Origin: a virus
Taxonomy: Duplodnaviria; Caudoviricetes
Reading direction: 5' to 3' (one strand)
DNA: 64,000 nt
IMG/VR virus record: IMGVR_UViG_2889049205_000001
Location: 32,001-96,000 of that record
The notes below the pieces were generated by a model that was not told the origin of the DNA, did not search any database, and saw nothing but the letters and a program-made list of their open reading frames with translations. The first letter of the stretch is position 1, and each line of letters opens with the position of its first letter. Of the stretch, positions 1 to 9,930 are shown one piece after another. Made by a program: the position numbers and the translations under genes.

Positions 1-400
1 CTAATAATACTTCAGCTGTCGTTACAACTTCCGCAACACTTTTCGAAGGATCGATCTTGACTTTTTTCCCTGTTGCGTCGTAAACGTATCCGAATGACTT
101 TGTTGCATCGATCCCGGTTTCATCGCCGAAGTCATCCAATGCCAAGTCAGTCATATGGTATTTGTTTTTGTTAATAAGTGCGTTCACCCGAAGATTATGC
201 TTATTGATATTGGCCGCAGTTGCAGCTTCCATGGCGGATACACGATTCAGCAGAGCTACACCTGGATCTTTCTTTTCCAGTTCTGCCAATCTAGTTTTGA
301 CATCGGCATGAATATCCTCGACCCCGCTTCCAAGACGATTGTTAACTTCGGCAATCTTTTTCTTGGCCTTCGTAGCTTTGGACAATGAGATGATTTCCAT
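1..400 (-). CDS. Fibre/adaptor-like virion protein, partial (runs off the left edge; not in ORF track)
   Basis: Hand translation from ATG at 400 (GGAG/GAGG RBS) is open to the window edge: MEIISLSKATKAKKKIAEV...ANINKHNLRVNALINKNKYHMTDLALD. The N-terminus resembles 6212-7375 and the core resembles the C-terminus of 1425-5075. Confidence 0.8.
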   Translation of the reverse strand, partial: MEIISLSKATKAKKKIAEVNNRLGSGVEDIHADVKTRLAELEKKDPGVALLNRVSAMEAATAANINKHNLRVNALINKNKYHMTDLALDDFGDETGIDATKSFGYVYDATGKKVKIDPSKSVAEVVTTAEVLL

Positions 401-427
401 ATCCTCACTCCTTTGAAATGCGTGGGG

Positions 428-1423
428 CTACGCCCACGCATAAGAGATTGCCTTCAATTTTGCCGTGTCGCTCGGCAGTGTGATCTGAATTTTTAAGTCA
501 TTGCCTTGACTTCCTGTAATGTCTATCATAACTCCAATATTAAGAGGCGTCCAGGATACACCATCATTAAGAGAATATTTGAATGTACATAGCTCATGCT
601 CCGCATTGACCATCAAGACTGTTCGGCCGGCCGGCAGTTCCTCGGCCTCTGTCTCCAGTATACCAGTTCCATGATACATCTTGGAACTGGAATCATAGAG
701 ATTATGCGTTGTGATCGTGGCTGAAAAGCTATTGCCCGTGGTTGTGTACAGCAGCGCTTTTGAGTTTGCTGGAATATTGGCCCATTGGTCAACTGTTACT
801 GCATCCAAGGAGGGCAGCCCATACGTCTTAAACAAATTCTCAGTGGCCGGCGCTTGCCCAACCACTGTCCAGACATCGCCAACAAGACTGTATAAAGATG
901 CGCCTGACTGTAGCAGTAGAAAAGGGTTTGGCTCTACAGAGATCGTATATTTCTGAACGGTTCTGTTAGAAGAAGTGAATGGCAGTGTTCCAAGCAACGT
1001 TAGCCCTGAATTACTTCTTGCATTCAAATTGCTTGCCACCGTGTAAGCAGAGGCACCATAGATTCGAATAGCTACTGGGATTCGCCCCTCTGGTGAACCG
1101 GCCCACACATTAATTTCTTTTACGGCGACGTCCTTTTTCAAATCAAGGGCAAATCGTGCCCATCCGTTGGCGGCAGCTTTATAGAGCATAATTGTAGAAC
1201 TGGTAGATCCTGAAGTGTTATTCGTGTAGGTAAGGTTTCCATCGTTTAAATGGTTTGGGCCCCAAACACTCGCATCGGTCCAATACATATTATCGCCAGC
1301 ACCGAATAGCTCTTTCGGCGTATAAGAGACCACTTGACCCAGGTTATCAATAACCTGGATCTCCGTGATCGTAGCGGCTTCTCCTGACGCAAGAGAATCA
1401 GCTTCCACAATCAGATAACGCAT
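428..1423 (-). CDS. Tail fibre/receptor-binding-associated protein
   Basis: 331 aa, beta-rich, with a galactose-binding-like N-terminus. Shares the 'W..VG.AP.T...F...G...L' module with 1425-5075. Confidence 0.6.
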   Translation of the reverse strand: MRYLIVEADSLASGEAATITEIQVIDNLGQVVSYTPKELFGAGDNMYWTDASVWGPNHLNDGNLTYTNNTSGSTSSTIMLYKAAANGWARFALDLKKDVAVKEINVWAGSPEGRIPVAIRIYGASAYTVASNLNARSNSGLTLLGTLPFTSSNRTVQKYTISVEPNPFLLLQSGASLYSLVGDVWTVVGQAPATENLFKTYGLPSLDAVTVDQWANIPANSKALLYTTTGNSFSATITTHNLYDSSSKMYHGTGILETEAEELPAGRTVLMVNAEHELCTFKYSLNDGVSWTPLNIGVMIDITGSQGNDLKIQITLPSDTAKLKAISYAWA

Positions 1424-1424
1424 A

Positions 1425-4400
1425 CTACCTCACCTGCACCTTCTTGATTTTTTGGATCGCCGCAAGATTTAGCTCCAACATTTTGCCGCTGCCGAGTACG
1501 ACGGGGTTGACGAATGCACTTTCTGTTGAAGTCGTTTCCCCTGCTCCCGATGAAGAGATGCTTTTCATCTCTTCTGCTTGACACGTATCAATTACCATAT
1601 CATGCAAAGTGTATTTCTCGCTCATAAGAAGCGCATTACTCTTGAAGTTGAGCTTAGCCAGATTGATTGCGTTGATCCTTTCGAGGTCCTGCAATCTACC
1701 TTCAATCGTTAGCTCATCGTATATGATCTTGATCGATTGGATTGTCGGGGTTTTATCCGACACCGGTTTCGGCGTGATGGTGATTAGATCAGCAAATGCG
1801 TTGTCTGTGATCTCTTCGATCTCCAGGTAGAAGGCGAATCGAATCTTGTTTGAGCCGCCCAGAAGCTCTTTCCATTGATCAATTGCAATACTATTGAACA
1901 CTGCTGGCGACAGGCCATTTGCCTTGACGTCGGCCAAATTCGACGGCTCAACTGTGATCCATTGGGAGGAAATAGACTTCCATGTCGCTCCCTGATTGAC
2001 ACTGGCAATGATCCTTACGTTGCCAGCACCTTCGGCTTTTGCTGTTAGAGTCAAACTGTCAATCCCTTGTGCTGGAAGGATAATGTCCCCTGTTGGAAAT
2101 ACGAGGCGCCCCTTTGGAACAGCAGTCAAGGCAGCTTGCTTTGATTGGGCTTGAGTGTCACTTGTCCACACAAGAAGCTCTGGTGTCAACGAGACTAGCT
2201 GCTGAAGCATGGTATTGTTAATGAGAGACAAATCATCCATCCCATCGGAGTCGAACATTTCTCTTGTCACCGGGGCCTCGCCTACTTTGATCCAACCACT
2301 TGCGGTTGGTGGCGTTGTTGGCAAGATGCGCACTTCCGACAATTGAACCCAGTTGCCCCCCACACCATAAAACTCGAACTTATAGTATTTAAAAGCTGTG
2401 TCGTTTCCGAAGGTAAATGGCAGCTTGGTTGTCGCAGCCCCATTAAACCCAGTGCTGGCAATGCTGGCGACGAGCAAATAGTCAGACCCATTATTGCTAC
2501 CATAAATATTAAAGCTCGCCGGCGCATCGGCCCCCCTATCACCAGAAGTCAGATCAACGCTTGAGATTGCGATCGCCGATGATAGTTCAAAGATTACGGA
2601 TTGCGGACCACTTCCGTTCGACCACCAGATCGTGTTGGTTGCACCATCTACGAGATTAGAAGGCGGCCCTTGGTATGAAGTAGTCGCCGACACAGATGTA
2701 ATGGTTGGCAGCACTCCTGTTGTCAAGACGCACTTTTTAATATCTGTTCCATCTTGAAACAGATATTTTGCACTGAACAGCAATTCAATTATAAAAACAG
2801 GACGGTAGCAGTTATTCGTTGGTCCTGCTTCGCTGGATAAAACACCACTGAATCCGGAAGCAGAACTATTACCTCTCACTACCCTTGACCCTGCCCCAGA
2901 TGAATTACTGTTACTGCCGGCCGGGGCAGTCGTACTTGTTAATGACCATTTTCCAGTCCAGTTCCAGGTATTGTTATCTCCAGCTGTTATAGTGCCTCCG
3001 AGCGTCGAGCCACCGATATATTTATCCCACTCATTGTCTTTATCAGCTGAACCTATCCCGCCTGAGAGTAGCCGTGCAGACACGACAAATTGGTCAGCAA
3101 TTGATAGCGAAGGTAAATCAACTCCTGTTGCATAGCCCGCTCGATTAAGTGCATCCCATGAGATTGAGCTCTGGATATTTCGGTCTGCAATTAATTTAAT
3201 GCGTTCATCCCCTCTCTCTGCACCAACGCAGATCAGATAGAAGGCACCGCTAGGCGTTGATGCCGGACTGGCCGGAAGCAGATCAAGTGTGTTATTCCCC
3301 AGCGACCTAAAAGCACCAGGCGATCCAGCAACAGGAGCCTCGTAGTAACAGCGAATCCTTTTGCCAACAGTGAGCTCTTTGGGATTAGTGACTTCATCTG
3401 GATGAATAAGGTACCCGGTAGCATCGATATCAATAGCATCAATGGAAAAAATATTACTAGTGCTATCGGTAGTTATGACTACCTCATGCGTTGACAAAGG
3501 CAGATTCAGTGCCTCGAATACGATGAGTTGATAACTATTTAAGGCGTTGTTGGGGTTATATGAGTATCGCACTCCATCGACGCTAACTTTTACATTACTT
3601 ACCCTGTTCGTATAATATAAGTCGATGATTCGCAAATTCTTTCCATAAAATTTAAAACTAATGGAATTGGTAGTGGCTCCGGAAAGTGTCATGTAGTGGC
3701 CTGTCCCTGCATAAGTATTGGGGTCATTTGTAACTGTCGCCCAACCTCCGCCTGCGTATTTGATTGAAGGATGAATATCATCATATCTCCGCCATCCAGG
3801 CTCCGGAGCAGTTAGCCTCTGCCCCACTTGGGCGACCATATAGCCGGTTGCATCGATATCGATTGCATCAACGCCAATGTAGCCCGTTCCTGCTAGAGAC
3901 AGCTCAACAGTATGAACGCCCAGAGCCAACCCCACAATTTCATAGACGAGTGTTTGGTACTGGTATGGACTTCCTTGGGGATTGTAAGTTCCCGCATCCG
4001 ACCCATCTATCTTGATATTAATCGTCGTTCTATTGGTTTCTTTCAGCTCAATAATGCGGAACTTCGTACCGTAAAATCGAAATACGACTTTTGCATCAGA
4101 GTTACTACTCGCAGAGGTTGATCCGCCTTCATAGTTGGTATGACTGTAGCTCGCCCATCCCGATCCGAGGTATGCAATATGCGAGTCCGTGTTGCTTACA
4201 CGCAGCCAGGTTGGCTCGGGAGCGGTTAGCTGCTGTCCAACTTGGGCAAGCATCCATCCTGTTGAGTCAATATCTATAGCATCCAGGCCAATGTATCCAG
4301 ATGTTTCCAGTGTAATTTCAACGGTGTGTATGCCGATCGTAAGTCCTTTCTTCTCATAAACAAGCCGCTGAAACAAAGAGCTTGCTGCAAGCGTGGAGTA

Positions 4401-5075
4401 AGTCTCCGCAGCTCCGCCGTCTATAGAAACGGAGGCTGTTCCTCGGTCTACATCCATGAGATCTATGATTCGAAGCATAGACCCGTAGAAGCTGAACTTA
4501 ATCTTATCGCCGATGGTATTGCTTGCTACACAGGCTCCCTTATAGTAAGAGGCATTTGTATAGGTATTCCAGCCGGCTCCGACATAAGAGATTTGTGCAG
4601 CACTATCAACACGCTGCCATCCCGTCTCTGGGGAAGTCAGTTGTTGACCTATTAAAGTAAGGCTTCCAATTAAATCGATGGCGTCAAACTCAAAGATCGA
4701 AAAGAATCCGGAATTCGTAGCCGAAATCGTAACGTCATGCGTGCCGTTTGATAGTCCCTTTTTTTCGAATAATAGAACCTGGCCTGCCGCTACGCCGTTT
4801 GCTGAATAGCTATCTGACTGCCCGTCAATGACTACCGAAACATTGGACTGCCGATCAGAGTCCCGATACGATATGATTCGAAGAGCAGTGCCATTGAACT
4901 TAAAAGTGACAGAATGCAAATCTGGCGAAAACGTATATCTGGCCGTGCCGCCCGAATAGTTTGAGCCAGGGTTATCCGACCACGATCCGCCTTGATATTT
5001 AAATCGAGAATCACTTTGTTCATACCTTGTCCAGCCTGACTCAGGCGCCGTTAATGCTTGTCCTACTGTGGCCAT
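1425..5075 (-). CDS. Multi-domain receptor-binding/tail fibre protein (4 jelly-roll repeats, CLec-like domain, discoidin F5/8-like domain)
   Basis: 1216 aa. Four repeats start with (V/I)GQxLT(A/S)PExxWxR. Also LIADRNIQ..ISWD.LN...RPV and a discoidin-like segment (P.SF.IYGSNNG...FKYYKF...LSEV). Lies distal to the baseplate genes. Confidence 0.7.
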   Translation of the reverse strand: MATVGQALTAPESGWTRYEQSDSRFKYQGGSWSDNPGSNYSGGTARYTFSPDLHSVTFKFNGTALRIISYRDSDRQSNVSVVIDGQSDSYSANGVAAGQVLLFEKKGLSNGTHDVTISATNSGFFSIFEFDAIDLIGSLTLIGQQLTSPETGWQRVDSAAQISYVGAGWNTYTNASYYKGACVASNTIGDKIKFSFYGSMLRIIDLMDVDRGTASVSIDGGAAETYSTLAASSLFQRLVYEKKGLTIGIHTVEITLETSGYIGLDAIDIDSTGWMLAQVGQQLTAPEPTWLRVSNTDSHIAYLGSGWASYSHTNYEGGSTSASSNSDAKVVFRFYGTKFRIIELKETNRTTINIKIDGSDAGTYNPQGSPYQYQTLVYEIVGLALGVHTVELSLAGTGYIGVDAIDIDATGYMVAQVGQRLTAPEPGWRRYDDIHPSIKYAGGGWATVTNDPNTYAGTGHYMTLSGATTNSISFKFYGKNLRIIDLYYTNRVSNVKVSVDGVRYSYNPNNALNSYQLIVFEALNLPLSTHEVVITTDSTSNIFSIDAIDIDATGYLIHPDEVTNPKELTVGKRIRCYYEAPVAGSPGAFRSLGNNTLDLLPASPASTPSGAFYLICVGAERGDERIKLIADRNIQSSISWDALNRAGYATGVDLPSLSIADQFVVSARLLSGGIGSADKDNEWDKYIGGSTLGGTITAGDNNTWNWTGKWSLTSTTAPAGSNSNSSGAGSRVVRGNSSASGFSGVLSSEAGPTNNCYRPVFIIELLFSAKYLFQDGTDIKKCVLTTGVLPTITSVSATTSYQGPPSNLVDGATNTIWWSNGSGPQSVIFELSSAIAISSVDLTSGDRGADAPASFNIYGSNNGSDYLLVASIASTGFNGAATTKLPFTFGNDTAFKYYKFEFYGVGGNWVQLSEVRILPTTPPTASGWIKVGEAPVTREMFDSDGMDDLSLINNTMLQQLVSLTPELLVWTSDTQAQSKQAALTAVPKGRLVFPTGDIILPAQGIDSLTLTAKAEGAGNVRIIASVNQGATWKSISSQWITVEPSNLADVKANGLSPAVFNSIAIDQWKELLGGSNKIRFAFYLEIEEITDNAFADLITITPKPVSDKTPTIQSIKIIYDELTIEGRLQDLERINAINLAKLNFKSNALLMSEKYTLHDMVIDTCQAEEMKSISSSGAGETTSTESAFVNPVVLGSGKMLELNLAAIQKIKKVQVR
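3420..5066 (-). repeat. Four tandem ~135-aa protein-level repeats
   Basis: Repeat starts are VGQALTAPESGWTR, IGQQLTSPETGWQR, VGQQLTAPEPTWLR and VGQRLTAPEPGWRR. Each contains F.F.G...RII and ends in DAID. Confidence 0.85.
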
Positions 5076-5088
5076 ACTTGCTCACCTC

Positions 5089-6210
5089 TTATTCGTGATA
5101 TTCAAAGACTGGCCGAAATCCGACATTCGACCACGTTCCATTGGATGCACCCATCCCCCAAAATACTTTTGGGACACCTCCTGATAGACCTCGCTGCACT
5201 CTATTCGTTGATGATAATGCCGGCGTATCCTGCGTAAGAGTGGCGGAAAGGGAATAGTGGAAAACGTCATCCAATGTTTTACCTGTCTGGATTTTATCTT
5301 TTGGAAAACTGACTATACATTGATCCCACTCATTATTGTTAGGCCATGCCCCAAGACCTTGATCCGTGGTCGAAAAAGTTCTTAATAATGGATTCTCCTG
5401 TATGGACCAGTTATCAATGTTAAGCTCTGTTCCTCCATTGTTGCTTGTGATATTTAGACGGTAGTATTGATATGGCGTGTTATTTGCTAAGCTGAAAAAT
5501 TTCGCTTCGCCATATGCCCAGCTAACTCCTTTTTGAGTGTCTAATACTGTCCATTCCAGTCCATCGTCTGATGCTTCAAATGTCCAATCTTTTGGCGCTC
5601 TTGTGATCCCTTCCTGAGCCTCCAGTGTGGTAATTGAGTAAGCTCTTATATACTTAGCGGATGTAAACTTATAGCAAATCCACCCAGTTGTTAGCCCGGA
5701 TGCAGCACTCCAATAGCGAGAATTGGAACTATACCTTGCTCCGTCCAGTGCCCGCCACGCACCATAGTCCGCACTCCATTCACTACTTGCAAGGGCTACT
5801 CCGCTGGGAGAAGTATTGCTTGTCATAGTCGGAATATCAGATTTAAGGGCTGCATAGGTTATACCACCTGTTAGCGATCGGATAAGACCTGGCTCTTCTA
5901 CGCCATCGTCCCAAGGAAGCCCTTGGATAAGCTTGCTACCATTAAGGACATCCCATGAAATCTTGTTTCTGACAACCCTATCGCAAATCAATAGTCCTTT
6001 TTTACACTTCACAAAATAAACCAGGCCTGTTGCGGAAGCATTGTCAGAGCCACCAGCCAAAGGAAGCTCTGTTCCTGTTGCATTTCCAAAATTGGTCAGG
6101 TAGTTTGCCAGACCCATACTGCTTCCATTAATTTGAACAGCAATGTAGTCCCCGATCTCCATATCGCTGATTTTGGTTCTTTGTATTCCGGTTGTTGCTG
6201 GTTTTCCCAT
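5089..6210 (-). CDS. Tail-associated protein, CLec-like fold with inserted discoidin (F5/8 type C) domain
   Basis: LICDRVV...ISWDVLN, RSLTGG, NNEWD, RVQRG and terminal GFRPV. Inserted segment AWRALDG...PKDWTFEASDDG..WTVLD...YQYYRLNI. Confidence 0.7.
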   Translation of the reverse strand: MGKPATTGIQRTKISDMEIGDYIAVQINGSSMGLANYLTNFGNATGTELPLAGGSDNASATGLVYFVKCKKGLLICDRVVRNKISWDVLNGSKLIQGLPWDDGVEEPGLIRSLTGGITYAALKSDIPTMTSNTSPSGVALASSEWSADYGAWRALDGARYSSNSRYWSAASGLTTGWICYKFTSAKYIRAYSITTLEAQEGITRAPKDWTFEASDDGLEWTVLDTQKGVSWAYGEAKFFSLANNTPYQYYRLNITSNNGGTELNIDNWSIQENPLLRTFSTTDQGLGAWPNNNEWDQCIVSFPKDKIQTGKTLDDVFHYSLSATLTQDTPALSSTNRVQRGLSGGVPKVFWGMGASNGTWSNVGFRPVFEYHE

Positions 6211-6211
6211 G

Positions 6212-7375
6212 TTATCTCACCTCGATTTGAGTGATTTTTTTGAACAGGCTCCTATCTATTGGGCACGAGAACAATTTACCGGAATTAATTGATGTACCCT
6301 CGGTCATCGTATTAAAGTACGATGTGCGTAATTGGAGTTTTCCGTCCGCCGTAACAAATTGATCGAGCGCATATTGATTCATACTGTCTAATTGATTAAA
6401 ATCCAGATTTACGTTTGAGACAGCACTCGACGACGCCGACATAGAAACCTTGATTTTAATATACCTTGTGTCCGGCGGGGAAGCGGGATCCAGTTGAGAG
6501 AAACCAGTAAAAGTGACTCCATCGGACGATGAAGCAGCCTCGAGTGAAACACGAGTTGAAGGCGGAGATTCCTGGTTTATGATTTCAATCAGAGTTGTGT
6601 CAATCCAGCCCTGGCTCAGATCGATAACAGGAGATTCCCAGGTTCCGGATGTGGCGTATAATGTGAGAGCTGTTTCTTTTAACATTTGCAAGAAGGACAA
6701 TCTCACGCCAGCTGTACTGTTGGAGTCTGTGATATACAACCGGTATCGCTGATACATGCCAATTTTACTGCAAGTAAATGCTCTGATTTCTGACGCCAGC
6801 CAATCGGATACATTGGACCTAGAATCGAGGACCGTCCAACCAGAGCCATCCCATGCTTGAAATTGCCATGACTTGGGCATCCAACCTAAGTTAGATCCAC
6901 CAGCTTCACACCCAAGATTGTATTGAACTATCTTTGTTGGTGTTGAAAATTCATACTGTAGCCATACGTTAGATGGAATGCTCGTTTTCCAAGTGCCAAT
7001 GCCCGTCCCGCTTGAGGCTTGGGATCCATCTAAAGCCCTCCACGCTTCGTAGGATGAGAGCTGATCGTTTGTGGTCACTGCTGAATCACTGCCCGATAAA
7101 GGCGAAATAGCATTTTCAGGGCTTCCAGCAATTAATCCTACAGCTCTTAATTGGATTTTACCTCCACTCAGCTCCGTATCAGTAAATGTGCCTTGAGATA
7201 AATCTAATTGATTACTGCCAGCTGCTTTGATCTTGCTCGCCTGACCTTCTAGCCAGTCCAACCGTGAGTCAACAGTTGGGAATCGACCTTCTGCGGACGG
7301 AGCAATGACATTCTGATCCAGATCGGTGCTTCGTCTAAGGGCTGACGATGCCAGCCCGAGAGAAATAACATCCAT
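6212..7375 (-). CDS. Tail fibre-associated protein with discoidin domain
   Basis: Discoidin segment AWRALDG...PKSWQFQAWDG..WTVLD...YQRYRLYI. C-terminus KKITQIEVR resembles QKIKKVQVR of 1425-5075. Confidence 0.65.
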   Translation of the reverse strand: MDVISLGLASSALRRSTDLDQNVIAPSAEGRFPTVDSRLDWLEGQASKIKAAGSNQLDLSQGTFTDTELSGGKIQLRAVGLIAGSPENAISPLSGSDSAVTTNDQLSSYEAWRALDGSQASSGTGIGTWKTSIPSNVWLQYEFSTPTKIVQYNLGCEAGGSNLGWMPKSWQFQAWDGSGWTVLDSRSNVSDWLASEIRAFTCSKIGMYQRYRLYITDSNSTAGVRLSFLQMLKETALTLYATSGTWESPVIDLSQGWIDTTLIEIINQESPPSTRVSLEAASSSDGVTFTGFSQLDPASPPDTRYIKIKVSMSASSSAVSNVNLDFNQLDSMNQYALDQFVTADGKLQLRTSYFNTMTEGTSINSGKLFSCPIDRSLFKKITQIEVR

Positions 7376-7390
7376 CTCTGTTCACCGTCC

Positions 7391-7831
7391 TTATACGATC
7401 GTAGTGGTGGTTGCCACGTTTTCGATATTGCCGGTCGTGACATTGTAGGTATAGACTTTTTTGATGGTGATGCTTTGTCCATTTTCCGTGTATTTCTTAT
7501 TTGAATAGTCCAGCGTCCCATTCACGGCGTCGGCGTATACATAATCGATCGTGTATATGATGTCGCCTGTGACCTCATGTTTAATTACGTTTCCGTTGTC
7601 GTCGTAGGTGAACTTCTCATTGAAGTTCCCAACCTCACCGAGAGCGCCGATCCTTTTCCGAAGCTCGTCGATTAGTTGCTCAAGCCCCGTCTTCGTAGCT
7701 TCAATTTTTGTATCAACGCCGCCGAGTCTTATCGACAAAGACTGGCTCGTTCCTTTTGCGCTTTCGAGATCCGAAAGCAGCTGCTGCAGCTCAAGTCCTA
7801 AATCTTGTTTGAGGATTTTAGTGGTGGACAT
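7391..7831 (-). CDS. Hypothetical virion protein (coiled coil plus YD-like beta hairpins)
   Basis: Start moved to MSTTK behind AGGAGG. FTYDDNGNV and YTYNVTTGNI strands. Confidence 0.6.
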   Translation of the reverse strand: MSTTKILKQDLGLELQQLLSDLESAKGTSQSLSIRLGGVDTKIEATKTGLEQLIDELRKRIGALGEVGNFNEKFTYDDNGNVIKHEVTGDIIYTIDYVYADAVNGTLDYSNKKYTENGQSITIKKVYTYNVTTGNIENVATTTTIV

Positions 7832-7880
7832 ATCAGTTCGACCTCCTTGATATACGTGCAAAATATTTTCCAGCAGCGGG

Positions 7881-8741
7881 TTACAGAATGTCGATCACTT
7901 TGGCGACAATCATCTCATCATTGAGAATCGCCTGATTGGTAAGCAGTACCGGCTGGTTATTCAAGTAGAATCTTGTGATGGTAAAATCCAAGATGTTTTT
8001 GTCGGCATCCATAATCTGTTGAACCAGGTCGTTATAGATGAACCCTTGGCCCATGTTAAAATTGGCGAAGTAGGTGTAGAGAGCTGACTTGCAATCAAAT
8101 CGGATACGGTCCCGATCGGATGCGGTGGTGGATTCGTGGAACACGAGCTGCACCTGTAGCTCCATTGGAATCTCTCTTGGGAGCATGACGTTCCGCTTGA
8201 CTCCATATGCTTTAATGTCCTGGAACACTTTGAATACATTTGCTTTTACGTCTGCTGGCGTAAACCCGAAGGATGGCACAATCATAAAGCTGAAGCTCCC
8301 TGTACCATGTGTGAACTCCATGCCGACTACATCGTCAACGCCAGGCACAGCCAAGGCTGCAAGTCGCAGCGCCTGGTAATTGGCGTTGGCTGCCGTCAGG
8401 ACCCGCTGCGAGATTTCGTATCGGTATGTCTTGTCGTCGATTAGCTGCTGCGTGATCAGCCCTGTCTTCTCGTCGTAGATCGTTTGGATCCGGCGAGGGT
8501 AGCTGAAGAGCTGGCCGATCATATCCAGATATTGGTCTACAGCCTTACTGAGAAACCCCATATTCAGCACTTCTTCTGCATAGTCATACAGGCTCGGGAA
8601 CTCGTCTTTCATGGCCTCGACCAGTGCCCTAGCGATCGCTCCGGGCTTGAAGTTAGTGATCGGCGTATTGTTCTTGATCTTCTCCATAGCATCCCGCAGG
8701 ACCTGATCCGCCGTTCGTTTTAATAGAGCCATTCCGCTCAC
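7881..8741 (-). CDS. Baseplate J-like wedge protein
   Basis: PG.IARALVEA, A...YLD.IG and ALAVPGV.DV motifs. Adjacent to a gp25-like gene. Confidence 0.8.
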   Translation of the reverse strand: MSGMALLKRTADQVLRDAMEKIKNNTPITNFKPGAIARALVEAMKDEFPSLYDYAEEVLNMGFLSKAVDQYLDMIGQLFSYPRRIQTIYDEKTGLITQQLIDDKTYRYEISQRVLTAANANYQALRLAALAVPGVDDVVGMEFTHGTGSFSFMIVPSFGFTPADVKANVFKVFQDIKAYGVKRNVMLPREIPMELQVQLVFHESTTASDRDRIRFDCKSALYTYFANFNMGQGFIYNDLVQQIMDADKNILDFTITRFYLNNQPVLLTNQAILNDEMIVAKVIDIL

Positions 8742-8747
8742 CTGCCT

Positions 8748-9158
8748 TTACAGATCTAAGCTTTGCTTGATGGCCAGCGGCTTTTCTTCGCCGGCATCCA
8801 GCAGCATATAAAAATCAATTTGTTCGATACTGATGGGAACCGGCCGGATATACAAGTCAGCCTGCAAGAAGCGGCCATCCGCCATTAAAGTATCGTAAAT
8901 CTGTGTAACGCCTTTCGCTGCCGTTTCTCTCGTGTTCGGTTCTCCTTCGAGAAGCTCCAGATCTCCACCGATCTGATTGTGGTGCCGCCAGTCACCCCGC
9001 TGCGTTCGGACACGATTGATGATGTCTTGCCTTGCGCAGTCGTAGGGGCCGGTAAGTGCGAAGTCCACCAGCCCATCTGCATCTGGCTTGCCAAGGATCA
9101 CGTCACCCTCCACGCCATCAGCGTAAAAGGCCATGTCCACCTCGTTATACCTCTTCAT
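8748..9158 (-). CDS. Baseplate wedge/sheath initiator (gp25/GPW-like)
   Basis: Q.I..R..T..G.W.....G..L motif, 136 aa, directly before baseplate J. Confidence 0.7.
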   Translation of the reverse strand: MKRYNEVDMAFYADGVEGDVILGKPDADGLVDFALTGPYDCARQDIINRVRTQRGDWRHHNQIGGDLELLEGEPNTRETAAKGVTQIYDTLMADGRFLQADLYIRPVPISIEQIDFYMLLDAGEEKPLAIKQSLDL

Positions 9159-9501
9159 CCGCCTTCCCTCCAATCAGCCCCAAGATCTCCTCTTGCTCCG
9201 TATCGATGATCGTAAACTCGTGATCGCCAGAAAACACTTTGAACTGGGAGCAGAACAGATTCACTCGGGCAGCGTAAATGGAGAACGTCTTGCTTTCCGG
9301 ATCCATCCGGAAACCCAACCCATAATCTGAGAATCCTTCGAGCACACCACTGGATCGGGCAAGCAGTCCGGCGCCTGACAGGGGGTTAACGAAGCCGACA
9401 TCCTCGCTGCTGGCCATTGTCGATTCCTCGGCCAGTGTGTTCAAATTCGTTTCTTGTGGAAACATTATGCTGTTGAGCGTATCCATCCAGGAGTCAGCCA
9501 T
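9145..9501 (-). CDS. Hypothetical baseplate/spike-associated protein
   Basis: Position in the baseplate cluster; beta-rich. Confidence 0.45.
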   Translation of the reverse strand: MADSWMDTLNSIMFPQETNLNTLAEESTMASSEDVGFVNPLSGAGLLARSSGVLEGFSDYGLGFRMDPESKTFSIYAARVNLFCSQFKVFSGDHEFTIIDTEQEEILGLIGGKADEEV

Positions 9502-9507
9502 GAACTA

Positions 9508-9924
9508 TCACCCCAATCCGAAGGTATCGCCGACGGCGTAGAAGAGATTCCGGAAGAACCTTGATTCTACCGACGGTTCTCTGTAGTAGGCCGTGACGAT
9601 CGGAGTGCTGGCATCACCATTAATAAACTGCACCCATACCCTGTCGTTTTCTTTTAAGCCTTTGTCAATGATGCCTGTCGAATAAACAAAACAAGGGACA
9701 TCATGAAATTCCTTAACACGATTTCCCTGATTCACATGAATATCCACCGTATGTTGCGTACTCTTTTCTATGGAGGCCCCTTGATGTCTCTTGCAGCTGC
9801 AGGTATCAGCCTGCCGGTGGTAATTCACCACATAGCCGATCAGGCCGGAGGTGCGTGTATCCAGCGCACCCTCCGTTCCTGCCTTTGCGAGTTTCTGACG
9901 AAGCGGGGTTTGATCTAATGCCAT
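9508..9924 (-). CDS. Baseplate spike (gpV/gp45-like OB fold)
   Basis: DRVWVQFINGD...PIV motif typical of spike OB domains. Follows the hub gene. Confidence 0.6.
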   Translation of the reverse strand: MALDQTPLRQKLAKAGTEGALDTRTSGLIGYVVNYHRQADTCSCKRHQGASIEKSTQHTVDIHVNQGNRVKEFHDVPCFVYSTGIIDKGLKENDRVWVQFINGDASTPIVTAYYREPSVESRFFRNLFYAVGDTFGLG

Positions 9925-9930
9925 AATGCA

